A stretch of 32,000 nucleotides of DNA, taken from the NCBI RefSeq assembly GCF_000011805.1, contig NC_006840.2. One strand, written 5' to 3'. The translations under genes were made by a program, and so were the position numbers. The stretch comes from Aliivibrio fischeri ES114 (GTDB lineage Bacteria > Pseudomonadota > Gammaproteobacteria > Enterobacterales > Vibrionaceae). Under the pieces are notes generated by a model. That model saw only the letters and a list, made by a program, of their open reading frames with translations, did no database searches and was not told where the DNA came from. Of the stretch, positions 8,925 through 18,191 are shown piece by piece. Positions within the stretch are counted from its first letter, which is position 1, and each line of letters begins with the position of its first letter.

Positions 8925-9764
8925 CTAAATTACGCCTAACTCTCGTAAACGCTCCATCAAATAGCTATTTGCAGTATGACGCTCAGACAATACAACCTCT
9001 GGTTTTGGGTGTAAGAACAAAGGTAAAGAAATACGAGACTTCGTCTTATCAGCACCTTCAGGATTAATCACTCGGTGCGTTGTTGATGGGTAATAGCCAC
9101 CCGATGCTTCTTGCAACATATCACCGATATTAATGATCAGATTACCAAAATCACATGGAACATCTAACCAATCACCCTCTTTTGTCTTAACTTGTAAACC
9201 CGGCTCATTTGCTGCTGGTAACACCGTCAGTAAATTAATATCTTCATGCGCCCCAGCACGAATCGCACCAAGCTCCTCATCCCCTTCTAGCGGTGGATAA
9301 TGAAGAACACGCAATAGTGTTTTTTCACTTCCCTCTATCATGCTAGATAAAGATTGTGAGTACAGTGCTGATACCTCTTCTGGTGAATATTCTTCTACCC
9401 AAGACAAAAGCTCAATCGCTAATGTATTCGCGTTATCGTAGTACTCTTGAATTTGTGCTTTTAATTCAGCAGGACATTGACCGGTAGGATAATAATGATA
9501 ATACTCTTTAATGTCTTTTTTAGTATGGCCTTTGGCTACTTCTGATACTGAAGCAGGAAAAAAACCATCTTGAGTATCGACATTAAATTGAAAGTTTTCT
9601 TTCTCTTGGCTATTAAAAAACGCATACCAATTATCATAAATACTTTGTACTGATTCTTGTTGAATTGGATGATTTTTTAACACTCCAAATCCAGTTTCTC
9701 TTAGCGACTTTACAAACAGCTCTGCTGCATTTTCAGCAGTGTAATCAATAGCTTCTAATTTCAT
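8925..9764 (-). CDS. 2-oxoglutarate/Fe(II)-dependent oxygenase, isopenicillin-N-synthase-like family
   Basis: Motifs GAIRAGAHEDINLLTVLPAANEPGLQV, LIINIGDMLQ, TTHRVINP, KSRISLPLFLHP. The start at 9764 (MKLEAIDYTAENAAEL) is preferred over 9791. Confidence 0.92.
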   Translation of the reverse strand: MKLEAIDYTAENAAELFVKSLRETGFGVLKNHPIQQESVQSIYDNWYAFFNSQEKENFQFNVDTQDGFFPASVSEVAKGHTKKDIKEYYHYYPTGQCPAELKAQIQEYYDNANTLAIELLSWVEEYSPEEVSALYSQSLSSMIEGSEKTLLRVLHYPPLEGDEELGAIRAGAHEDINLLTVLPAANEPGLQVKTKEGDWLDVPCDFGNLIINIGDMLQEASGGYYPSTTHRVINPEGADKTKSRISLPLFLHPKPEVVLSERHTANSYLMERLRELGVI

Positions 9765-9967
9765 AATTGTATTCTTTTTATTGTTGAGCAAGGGGTGATC
9801 TCAATAGTCTTTATTCACCTTAAGAAAAGGCATTCTGCTATTTGAGTATACAAAGCGAATTGTATTAAGATGAGGCTATAGGCTCAAGGATTAACGTCTA
9901 AAATATAGAAACAATTTGTTTACATCTAAAAACACAACTTTTCCGTGTAACAACATAAGGGATATTC

Positions 9968-10660
9968 ATGAAACACATTTTCATTACAGGCGCTAACCGT
10001 GGTATTGGCTTATCTTTTGTAAAATACTATTTGCAGCAGGGCCATCAAGTCAGTGCGACTTATCGTGATACCTCAACGGCTCAAGAGCTTCTTCAACTTG
10101 AAAATGACAATCCTGAACTTTCTTTGTATCAATTAGAACTGACTAATTACACTGCCATACAAGATGTAGCAAAAACGCTTTGCCATACTCCTATAGATAT
10201 TCTAATTAATAATGCCGGTTATTATGGCCCTAAAGGTTATGGTTTTGGGCACTGTGATGTTGAGGAATGGAAGAAAGTATTTGAAATCAATGCTATTGCA
10301 CCACAAAAGCTCGTAGAAGCGCTCTACCCTAGCTTGCAATTAAGCCGTGATAAAACCATCGTATGTATTTCTTCTAAAGTCGGCAGCATGACAGAGAACA
10401 CTTCAGGTGGAGGTTATATTTATCGTTCATCTAAGGCTGCATTAAACTCTGTAGTAAAAAGCTTAAGTAATGATTTAAAACCAGAAGGATTTACTGTTAT
10501 TGCGATGCACCCAGGTTGGGTTCAAACAGAGATGGGCGGACCAAATGCTTTAATTTCAACAGAAGAGTCTGTGAAGGGATTAACGAAAGTCATTGCCCAA
10601 CTATCCATTGAAAATAGTGGGCAATTTTTAAATTTTGATGGTACTGAATTACCTTGGTAG
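9968..10660 (+). CDS. SDR-family short-chain dehydrogenase/reductase
   Basis: TGANRGIGLSFV nucleotide-binding motif, LINNAGYYG, YRSSKAALNSV active site. Confidence 0.94.
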   Translation: MKHIFITGANRGIGLSFVKYYLQQGHQVSATYRDTSTAQELLQLENDNPELSLYQLELTNYTAIQDVAKTLCHTPIDILINNAGYYGPKGYGFGHCDVEEWKKVFEINAIAPQKLVEALYPSLQLSRDKTIVCISSKVGSMTENTSGGGYIYRSSKAALNSVVKSLSNDLKPEGFTVIAMHPGWVQTEMGGPNALISTEESVKGLTKVIAQLSIENSGQFLNFDGTELPW

Positions 10661-10948
10661 TGGTTCTAAAATTCCGTTTCTTACCAAGCCACGTCGTACG
10701 TTTTTACACAGTTTAGCGAACTTATCAATCTCAGAGAAATTGGGCGTTTCACCACGCTCAATATAGGATTCCCAATACAAGAGTTCACTTTCAACCAGTT
10801 CAATCAATTTTCGTGGACAACCTACACACGTATCACCACATATCTGCGCTTCTGGTGCATCAAATGGAAAGTCAGCTTTCACCAACTCAATGATATTACG
10901 CATTGCGGTTTTACGATCCGGCTTTTGTGCTTTTACTTTTTCAGACAT
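10649..10948 (-). CDS. Conserved hypothetical small protein with C-x3-C-x2-C motif
   Basis: 99 aa ORF; the start overlaps the stop of the upstream YcgN-like gene, consistent with coupling. Motif ICGDTCVGCPRK. Confidence 0.75.
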   Translation of the reverse strand: MSEKVKAQKPDRKTAMRNIIELVKADFPFDAPEAQICGDTCVGCPRKLIELVESELLYWESYIERGETPNFSEIDKFAKLCKNVRRGLVRNGILEPLPR

Positions 10949-11388
10949 TAGCTTCTATGCGGATGGTTGGTGATGTGATCTTCCCAGTTCTTCACATCAA
11001 TAGCATAAACCACTTTATTTCTTACACTTTCACCAGCGGCGTGCATTGCTGATTTTGAACCTGTGATCAGCGGGTGCCACTCAGGTAACGGCTTATCTTC
11101 CGCTAATAAACGGTACGCACAAGTCAGTGGCAACCAGTTAAATTCTGCGATATTTTCACGACTTAGTTTTAGACACTCTTCACCTGATGTGAAACGTTTT
11201 GGGTAATCTTTACACGCGCATGTTTTGCTGTTTAGCCAGCTACATGCCACATTGGTGTAGTAAACTTCATCTGTATCTTCATCCATTAATTTGTGTAGAC
11301 AGCACTTACCACAGCCGTCACAAAGAGATTCCCACTCTTGTTCTGTCATTTCTTCTAATTTTTTTTGTTGCCAAAATTGCTCTGTCAT
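10948..11388 (-). CDS. ycgN: YcgN family cysteine cluster protein
   Basis: 146 aa with [43 protein letters not shown] and [26 protein letters not shown], typical of the YcgN/UPF0260 family. Confidence 0.92.
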
Positions 11389-11510
11389 TGCTTTACACTC
11401 ATTATGGGAAGAGGCCGTTTTATACCACTCTGTTCCAAAAAAGCAAGTTTTGACCTAAAGATAGAAGAGTGATACCTTGCGCATCCTTTATTTTTTGCGT
11501 GAGTTTAATT

Positions 11511-11762
11511 ATGGAATGTCGATTAGGTTGCGGTGCGTGTTGCATTGCCCCAAGTATTACGTCATTTATCCCGGGAATGCCAAATGGTAAACCTGCTGGT
11601 GTTCGCTGTGTGCAATTAAATGAAGAGAATTTATGTAAGCTTTTTGGTAAGGCAGAACGCCCAAAGGTATGTCATCAATTTAGTGCTTGTCCTGATGTAT
11701 GCGGTTCAACCTCAGAACAAGCTATTCAAACCATCACTGAACTAGAGTCAATGACGTTATAA
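11511..11762 (+). CDS. YkgJ-family cysteine cluster protein
   Basis: MECRLGCGACCIAPSITSFIPGMPNGKPAGVRCVQLNEENLCKLFG...RPKVC. The ATG at 11511 fits the family start better than the GTG at 11469. Confidence 0.9.
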   Translation: MECRLGCGACCIAPSITSFIPGMPNGKPAGVRCVQLNEENLCKLFGKAERPKVCHQFSACPDVCGSTSEQAIQTITELESMTL

Positions 11763-11783
11763 TTCTTTTATAGAAGAATACGC

Positions 11784-12014
11784 TTACGATAGTACACGAA
11801 CAACGCTTTGTACTTGCTCTGCGATTTCAATGCCGTGGCTTGTTAAATAGCCACCATCTTCTTGTGTTACCAATCCTTTGCTGAAAAGACGCTTCATTGC
11901 TTCAATTGCTTCGGGTGCTGCGTCTGAGTGAACCTTTAAACCCGCTTGAGTGCTTTCTAGTGGGAATTGCTTGAGAAGGTTCATTTCTTCTACGATGTCT
12001 TTATTAAGTGGCAT
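11784..12014 (-). CDS. Small conserved protein, probably TIGR02647 family
   Basis: 76 aa ORF MPLNKDIVEEMNLLKQFPLESTQAGLKVHSDAAPEAIEAMKRLFSKGLVTQEDGGYLTSHG. Family recognised from memory. Confidence 0.75.
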   Translation of the reverse strand: MPLNKDIVEEMNLLKQFPLESTQAGLKVHSDAAPEAIEAMKRLFSKGLVTQEDGGYLTSHGIEIAEQVQSVVRVLS

Positions 12015-12095
12015 ATTTATATCTCTCTTATTTATTAACTGAATTCAGCATAGACTGTCTGAAAAATATTAAAACAGAGCTGGATCACACCTATA

Positions 12096-12137
12096 AAAAA
12101 TCCCTATAGGATTACTCACTATAGGGATATTTTTTAA
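12096..12137. terminator. Intrinsic terminator for the Tim44-like gene
   Basis: AAAAATCCCTATAG-GATTACTCA-CTATAGGGATATTTTTT. Confidence 0.85.
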
Positions 12138-12160
12138 TCAATTTTCAGCTAGTTAAGTAC

Positions 12161-13054
12161 TTAAGCTTGAATACCGATAATTAACCATGGCGCATTTGGT
12201 TGTGTTAAATCACGCTCAAGGTGCCAAATATCAGTAATGTCTTCTTCAATACCTTCTACAGCATCACGGTAGCGACCAGAGAACTGAAGACTTAATTGAG
12301 CACGGTTTGCATCATAATCAGCACGAACCACTTCTGCATCCACATACATTACGTCTGTGTGTTGCTCGCCTTCAAGGGTTGCACGCTCTTGTACAAGATC
12401 ATTGTACAGACTGATTGAAACATACTCTTGAATCGTCTCAAGTTGGTTATGGTTCCATGCACCTTGTAAAATACGGTAGTGTTCACGAGAACCATTGATG
12501 AATGCTTGCATATCAAAACCCGGTGGGTAGTTATGCGGAACGTCATCAGCACTTGCTGCACCAAAACCACCAGTAGGTTGTGCTGTAGCTTGATCAGCTT
12601 GGAAGTATTGTTGATTATCACGGAAACTAGGCTGTGCATCCTGCTGACCTTGTGGGCCTGCATAAGCTGCACCTTGTCTCTGATTCATGCTACCCGCCTT
12701 GGCAGCCATCATTGAGCGGAATACCTTGAATAGAATGAATGCGATACCTGCCATGATAAGAATATCCATGAATTGGATACCTTCAAACGCACCACCACTA
12801 AATAGAGCTGCTAATAAACCACCAGCAAGTAGACCACCAAGCAAGCCGCCCATTAGGCCTTTTTTGCCTGATGCACTTTTTGTTGTGTCTTGCTTACCAA
12901 TAGTATTGGTATTTTGCTGTTTTTGTTTTGGCGCAGGCGCCGTTTTAAAGCTTTTACCAAATGACTTACCGCCACCGAATTTCTTTGCTTCTGCATGTGG
13001 TGCTGAAACCACAAAAACAAACATAAGGGCAACAATAGATAAAAGACGTTTCAT
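12161..13054 (-). CDS. Tim44-like domain protein, membrane associated
   Basis: Start at 13054 gives signal sequence MKRLLSIVALMFVFVVSAPHAEA. Gly-rich LMGGLLGGLLAGGLLAALFSGG, TM, and C-terminal YISISLYNDLV...VEGIEEDITDIWHLERD...WLIIGIQ typical of bacterial Tim44-like proteins. Confidence 0.88.
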   Translation of the reverse strand: MKRLLSIVALMFVFVVSAPHAEAKKFGGGKSFGKSFKTAPAPKQKQQNTNTIGKQDTTKSASGKKGLMGGLLGGLLAGGLLAALFSGGAFEGIQFMDILIMAGIAFILFKVFRSMMAAKAGSMNQRQGAAYAGPQGQQDAQPSFRDNQQYFQADQATAQPTGGFGAASADDVPHNYPPGFDMQAFINGSREHYRILQGAWNHNQLETIQEYVSISLYNDLVQERATLEGEQHTDVMYVDAEVVRADYDANRAQLSLQFSGRYRDAVEGIEEDITDIWHLERDLTQPNAPWLIIGIQA

Positions 13055-13276
13055 TACCTCTTCCTTATTTTTGGAATTAATTTGGATTGATAATAGCTTG
13101 CATTGAGGAACAATGGCAGCATTAATCTTCAATAGAATGTTTCAGAGTGTTAAAACAAACAGTTATCCGTCTCAAACATGTGCACTAACTCCTAATTGAC
13201 ATAACTCTTACTTGAAGATTATAGCCATACATTTAAAATTAAGAACAATGTACATAATTTTATAGCTCAGGTTAAC

Positions 13277-13876
13277 ATGGCGCGCAGAAACGACCATTCT
13301 CATCAAGAAATACGCGAAATGGCATTAGATAATGTTAAATTATTTCTTAATGAGCATAGTCATCACGAACTCAGTTTACGCAAACTGGCAAAAAGTATTG
13401 GTTATGTACCGAGTACATTAGTCAATATTTTTGGTAGCTATAACTTATTACTGCTTCGCTCTATCGCACAAACCCTTGATGAATTAATGCTTCAAATCTC
13501 ACAAGGTATTGAAAACAGTGCAACCCCTGAAGAGGCACTAAAAGCCATTGCTTATTGTTATTATGATTTTGCACAGCAGCAACCTAATCGTTGGAAGTTG
13601 GTATTTCAACATAATATGAATGGTGAAGCCCTACCGGAATGGCAAGAAAACCGCATTAATCAAATGATGTCGATCCTTGAAAGAATGATCTTCACCATTA
13701 ACAGTACGAAAACTCACGAAGATATCGTAGAAACAAGTCGAGTTATCTGGGCTGGTGTTCACGGCATAACCTTATTAAGTCTTGATGACCTACTTTTTTC
13801 AGCAACGCCGATTGATGGTCACAAACTTATTGATAATCTGCTGCTAAACTACATCAATCAATGGAAGCTTCATTAA
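13277..13876 (+). CDS. TetR/AcrR-family transcriptional regulator
   Basis: N-terminal HTH with LSLRKLAKSIGYVPSTLVNIFGSYNLLLLRSIAQTLDEL and a TetR-like C-terminal domain. Confidence 0.88.
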   Translation: MARRNDHSHQEIREMALDNVKLFLNEHSHHELSLRKLAKSIGYVPSTLVNIFGSYNLLLLRSIAQTLDELMLQISQGIENSATPEEALKAIAYCYYDFAQQQPNRWKLVFQHNMNGEALPEWQENRINQMMSILERMIFTINSTKTHEDIVETSRVIWAGVHGITLLSLDDLLFSATPIDGHKLIDNLLLNYINQWKLH

Positions 13877-13905
13877 GCGATATTCTTTGGTAAAAAGGAT
13901 TTTTT

Positions 13906-15774
13906 ATGGCAAAGCAAGCCAAACTACTCACACAGCGTCGATTCCTTCCCTACTTTCTCACTCAATCTCTAGGGGCTTTTAACGACAATATTTTTAAAAA
14001 CACCCTATTATTGTTTGTTGCTTTTGCCAGTGTCGATTCTCTACCTATATCGTCTAATTTATTCATTAATTTGGCCGCAGGGTTATTCATTCTTCCTTTT
14101 TTTCTTTTTTCTGCTTTTGCTGGCGTACTGGCTGACAAGTATGAGAAATCGGCTTTTATACGCAAAGTTAAACTCGCTGAAATCATTATCATGCTCTTTG
14201 GGGCTATTGCCTTTGTTTTAAAAGACTTCACGCTATTACTTATTTTATTGTTTTTAATGGGCACTCAATCCGCTTTTTTTGGTCCAGTAAAATACGCTTT
14301 ACTCCCTCAGCAATTAAAAGAAGATGAGTTAGTTTCTGGTAATGCATTAGTTGAAACAGGTACTTTCTTAGCCATTCTATTTGGAACCATTGGCGCTGGC
14401 ATTATTGCTTCTCAAGAGAATGCACAATACATTGCCGCTGGTGCAGTGCTTCTTTTCGCAGTACTTGGCTATTTATCTAGTCGTTTCATCCCTTATGCAA
14501 AAGCCATTGACCCAACACTTTCATTTCGCTGGCGACCAATTCAGCAAACACGAAATACTATTTCAATCGCCCAAAAAGACAGCTCTGTATTTTTAGCGAT
14601 TATGGGGATCAGTTGGTTTTGGTTTTTAGGTGCAAGTTACTTAACTCAGTTTCCTAATTACACTCACCATTTTTTAAACGATAATGCAATTACTGTTAGT
14701 GTACTGCTGGCGTTGTTCTCAGTTGGCATTGCAGTAGGTTCATTAGCCTGTGATGTATTATCTAAACACCGTGTTGAACTAGGCATTATTCCTCTTGGCA
14801 GCCTTGGTATTACTATTTTTGGTTTCAATCTTTTTTTAGCGACGCCGGCAAATCCAATACATACCTCTGATTTTTTTGAAATCTTAACGCATCCAGATCT
14901 TTTCTCTGTTTTTGTTAATCTCTTTTTTCTAGGGGTTTCTGGAGGAATATTTATCGTTCCTTTATACACGTTAATCCAAAAACGACCTCAAGCAAAACAT
15001 CGATCTCAGATCATCGCGGCCAATAATATTTATAACGCCATCTTTATGGTAACAAGTGCTATTCTTGGGATTATTTGCTTATCTGTCATAGAGTTAAGTA
15101 TTCCTCAATTTTTCCTTCTTCTTGCGATATTAAATGGGATTGTCACCCTCTTTCTGTTTTTCCGTGTGCCTATTTTTATTATTCGCTTTGTTTTATGGGT
15201 CCTCACCCACACGGGATACCGAGTAAGCCATCAACATTTACATCATATTCCAGATGAAGGTGGCGCTTTGTTAGTATGTAATCACATCACTTACATGGAT
15301 GCCTTTATTATCAGTGGTGCATGCCCTCGTCCTATTCGATTCGTGATGGAGGAGGAATACGCAGAATTACCTTTAATTAAATACTTTTTCAAATTAACGA
15401 AAGTTATTCCAATTAATGCCACTAAAAGTAGCTCAATTCGACGAGCATTTATGGAGGTTGAGAACGCATTAACAAATGGGGAGATTGTGTTGATTTTTCC
15501 AGAAGGCGTGTTGACTCGTGATGGTGAAATCGGTCCTTTCTTACGAGGTATGGATATCATTTTAAAACGCTCACCGGTGCCAGTCATTCCAATGGCGCTG
15601 CGAGGCTTATGGGGAAGTTTCTTTAGTCGCCATGGCGGTAAAGCAATATTAAAACGCCCTAGTCGCTGTTGGTCTAAAGTAGAGGTGGTAGCAGGAGAAC
15701 CCGTACTACCACAAGATGCGACATCAAAACTGATGCGTGAAAAAGTAGCTCAATTACGCGGTGATTGGCAGTGA
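13906..15774 (+). CDS. MFS transporter (LplT-like) fused to PlsC-like 1-acylglycerol-3-phosphate acyltransferase domain
   Basis: N-terminal MFS (FLTQSLGAFNDNIFKNTLLLFVAF, ADKYEKS). C-terminal acyltransferase motifs VCNHITYMDAF (NHx4D), FPEGVLTRDG, VIPMALRG. Confidence 0.93.
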   Translation: MAKQAKLLTQRRFLPYFLTQSLGAFNDNIFKNTLLLFVAFASVDSLPISSNLFINLAAGLFILPFFLFSAFAGVLADKYEKSAFIRKVKLAEIIIMLFGAIAFVLKDFTLLLILLFLMGTQSAFFGPVKYALLPQQLKEDELVSGNALVETGTFLAILFGTIGAGIIASQENAQYIAAGAVLLFAVLGYLSSRFIPYAKAIDPTLSFRWRPIQQTRNTISIAQKDSSVFLAIMGISWFWFLGASYLTQFPNYTHHFLNDNAITVSVLLALFSVGIAVGSLACDVLSKHRVELGIIPLGSLGITIFGFNLFLATPANPIHTSDFFEILTHPDLFSVFVNLFFLGVSGGIFIVPLYTLIQKRPQAKHRSQIIAANNIYNAIFMVTSAILGIICLSVIELSIPQFFLLLAILNGIVTLFLFFRVPIFIIRFVLWVLTHTGYRVSHQHLHHIPDEGGALLVCNHITYMDAFIISGACPRPIRFVMEEEYAELPLIKYFFKLTKVIPINATKSSSIRRAFMEVENALTNGEIVLIFPEGVLTRDGEIGPFLRGMDIILKRSPVPVIPMALRGLWGSFFSRHGGKAILKRPSRCWSKVEVVAGEPVLPQDATSKLMREKVAQLRGDWQ

Positions 15775-17154
15775 ATCAACCCACTCTTTAACCAATTTAC
15801 GTGAAATTTTAATGCCAGAAATAAGCAAATGTTCCGGCATGATTTCATAACTTATCGGTTGCTCAAATTTAGCCAATTTATCTTGAGTAAACTCGACTAA
15901 CTTAGCAGGAATTTTGCCTGTGTTTGAAACAAGAACAGCAACAGGTCGTTGTCCATACTCCTCATCAGGCACATCGACAACAATCACATTATCGATCTCA
16001 TGATGTGTCAGTAGCACTTGCTCTATTTTTTCAGGATGGATATTTTCGCCACCAGAAATAAACATGTTATCAGCACGTCCATGAATATGGAGCTCAGCAT
16101 TAATCACAGAACCAAGATCTTTGGTCTCAAACCAACCATCTTCGTTTGCTACATCAATAATGCCTGAAGAGCGATAATAACCTAGAGTTAAACTCTCTCC
16201 TTTTACCCACACTTCGCCTTCTTCAATGCGTAATTCTCGATAAGGCAGAACATTCCCTACTCCCGGCTCACCATCTGCTCTTTTTACTGTTACGGTTGAG
16301 CCCATTTCGGTCATACCATAACCAAGCCAACATTCTATGCCCTGTTTTTGCGCAGCTATTGTTAATTCGGTTGGAATAACACTACCACCAAGTAGAACAC
16401 GTTTTAATGCAAGCTGAGATGTTTCACCACTATCTAAGATACGTTGCAGTTGAGTTGGAACTAACGACGCATGCGTAACACCAGCTAAATCACTCAGCAA
16501 GCCTTGCTCTGTTGGCATAACCAGCATTCCGCCAGAAAGTAACCAACGCCAAACAATAGCTAAGCCTGAAACATGAAACAAAGGCAGTGATACCAGCCAA
16601 GAATCACTGACATCAAAGTGTAACCAACTTAATAAACCAGCGGCTGAGTGTAAGTGGTTACTTGCACTGTGCGCGACAGCTTTAGGGTTTCCCGTTGAGC
16701 CTGATGTAAACGTTAATGTTGCTAAGCGAGTTGGTTGCCATGTAGCCGCTACTGCACCATATTCTGCGTTTATCAGCTGCAAATGATGCCATGTACCAGA
16801 GATGGTCTCTTGACCTTCACCAAACCAAATATGATTAGCAGCAATGCTAGTAACTAATTGGTGCAGCTGTTTGCTCGGTGTCTTTGGATTAATTGCGGCA
16901 AAGCGAGCTCCAATACGAACAGAGGCCAGCTGCAACCAAACTAATTCTATGCAGTTTTTAGCAATGCCAACAATAACATCATCACGCTTAACGCCTTGCT
17001 GAAGAAGACCATTAGCATAACGATTGATTTGTGTAGACACTTCACTCCATGTCCACACTTTATCGCCATCACGCAATGCAATGTCTAATTCTCGCTCTTC
17101 ACTCCACTTAACCCAAGGCCAAGTCGTGAATGCTGGTGAGATCAGTTTTCCCAT
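15754..17154 (-). CDS. menE: o-succinylbenzoate--CoA ligase
   Basis: AMP-binding motif LTFTSGSTGNPKAVAHS, IECWLGYGMTEMGSTV, GWFETKDLG; located at the end of the men cluster. Confidence 0.96.
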   Translation of the reverse strand: MGKLISPAFTTWPWVKWSEERELDIALRDGDKVWTWSEVSTQINRYANGLLQQGVKRDDVIVGIAKNCIELVWLQLASVRIGARFAAINPKTPSKQLHQLVTSIAANHIWFGEGQETISGTWHHLQLINAEYGAVAATWQPTRLATLTFTSGSTGNPKAVAHSASNHLHSAAGLLSWLHFDVSDSWLVSLPLFHVSGLAIVWRWLLSGGMLVMPTEQGLLSDLAGVTHASLVPTQLQRILDSGETSQLALKRVLLGGSVIPTELTIAAQKQGIECWLGYGMTEMGSTVTVKRADGEPGVGNVLPYRELRIEEGEVWVKGESLTLGYYRSSGIIDVANEDGWFETKDLGSVINAELHIHGRADNMFISGGENIHPEKIEQVLLTHHEIDNVIVVDVPDEEYGQRPVAVLVSNTGKIPAKLVEFTQDKLAKFEQPISYEIMPEHLLISGIKISRKLVKEWVDSLPITA

Positions 17155-18116
17155 ATCGCCTCGAGATCAGCCAATTGTGCCACTGGTAAGTCGCAATTAG
17201 GCCAAGAAGTATCTAGCTGCATTTTAAACAGATCGATAGTATCTAAACCCGGAATCGTTTCTGGTGTTTTCCAAGCAGCTAATCGTGCAAGTTGTGTTAA
17301 TGCCAAACTTGATTCAATGCTTGAGCTGATCACCGCTTGCATGCCTAATTGATGTGCTTGTTCTATTAACGAAATACACTTTTCAACAGAACCCACTAAT
17401 GTTGGCTTAATGACAATAGCTGTAACGCCTTCTTGAGTTTTAACAGTAAAACCATCATCACGTACAGTTTCATCCCATGCGATTGCAATATCGGTGGCTT
17501 TAGAGAAAGCTAAACTTTCTTCTGGTGTAGCACATGGTTCTTCTAAGAATTCGATACGAGAACGAAATTGTGGATGTACGTAATTAGCAAATTGCTCTGC
17601 TTTCTTTGCTGTCCAGCCACGGTTAGCATCAAGACGTAAAGAGAGATCAGAAATCAGTTCTAAAAACATATTCACAACCATGCCATCACGAATAGGTTCG
17701 TATAAACCCACTTTGATTTTGGCAATTTTCTTACCGCTCATTTCATTAAGCTTAACAACCAAGTCATCAGGATCACCAGAGCACAAAGGTGCTGCTTGGT
17801 AATTACCTTCTTGTGGCAACTGTTTTTCAAGTTCTAACAAAGCCATGCTAAAGCCAAATGCAACCGATGGGCAGTTTGAATCAAGATCCAACTCTTCATT
17901 GTTTAACCATGATTGAGTTAATGAAATTAAATCTTCACGAGCTTGTTCTAGCGTTTCTTGGCTGAATTCAGGTAAAGGTGCTACCTCACCTCTTGCTGTA
18001 TGTATTCCATCACTTAACTCAATGACCAATCCATCTCTTTGCTGAAGACGTTGTTCACGAAGAATTACTCCACTGTCCATAGGGAGTTGGTATTGATAGA
18101 TCTTGGCTGTTTTCAT
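17142..18116 (-). CDS. menC: o-succinylbenzoate synthase
   Basis: Enolase-superfamily features KIKVGLY, LRLDANRGW, EEPCATPEE, IAWDETVRDDG, IVIKPTLVG; men cluster context. Confidence 0.96.
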   Translation of the reverse strand: MKTAKIYQYQLPMDSGVILREQRLQQRDGLVIELSDGIHTARGEVAPLPEFSQETLEQAREDLISLTQSWLNNEELDLDSNCPSVAFGFSMALLELEKQLPQEGNYQAAPLCSGDPDDLVVKLNEMSGKKIAKIKVGLYEPIRDGMVVNMFLELISDLSLRLDANRGWTAKKAEQFANYVHPQFRSRIEFLEEPCATPEESLAFSKATDIAIAWDETVRDDGFTVKTQEGVTAIVIKPTLVGSVEKCISLIEQAHQLGMQAVISSSIESSLALTQLARLAAWKTPETIPGLDTIDLFKMQLDTSWPNCDLPVAQLADLEAIWEN

Positions 18117-18138
18117 CTCTTACTCCAACCAATAAAAG

Positions 18139-18163
18139 AAAAAAGAGACTCAAAGGAGCCTCT
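18139..18163 (-). terminator. Intergenic hairpin plus T-tract between menB and menC, read on the minus strand
   Basis: Minus strand 5'-AGAGGCTC-CTTT-GAGTCTCT-TTTTTCTTTT: 8-bp stem with one G-T wobble, 4-nt loop, T-rich 3' side. It lies between the menB stop and the menC start. Confidence 0.75.
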
Positions 18164-18191
18164 AATACTTAATTGAATCTGTAACAGCGAA

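Noticed and set aside
11199-11453. 84-aa plus-strand ORF
   Set aside because: Antisense to ycgN with low-complexity hydrophobic content; ycgN has clear family motifs.
12349-13106. Four ORFs overlapping the Tim44-like gene (12349-12672, 12479-12715, 12687-13106, 12853-13035)
   Set aside because: Shadow ORFs of the supported minus-strand gene.
13962-15587. Six alternative ORFs overlapping the MFS-PlsC gene
   Set aside because: Other-frame or antisense ORFs within a strongly supported 622-aa coding sequence.
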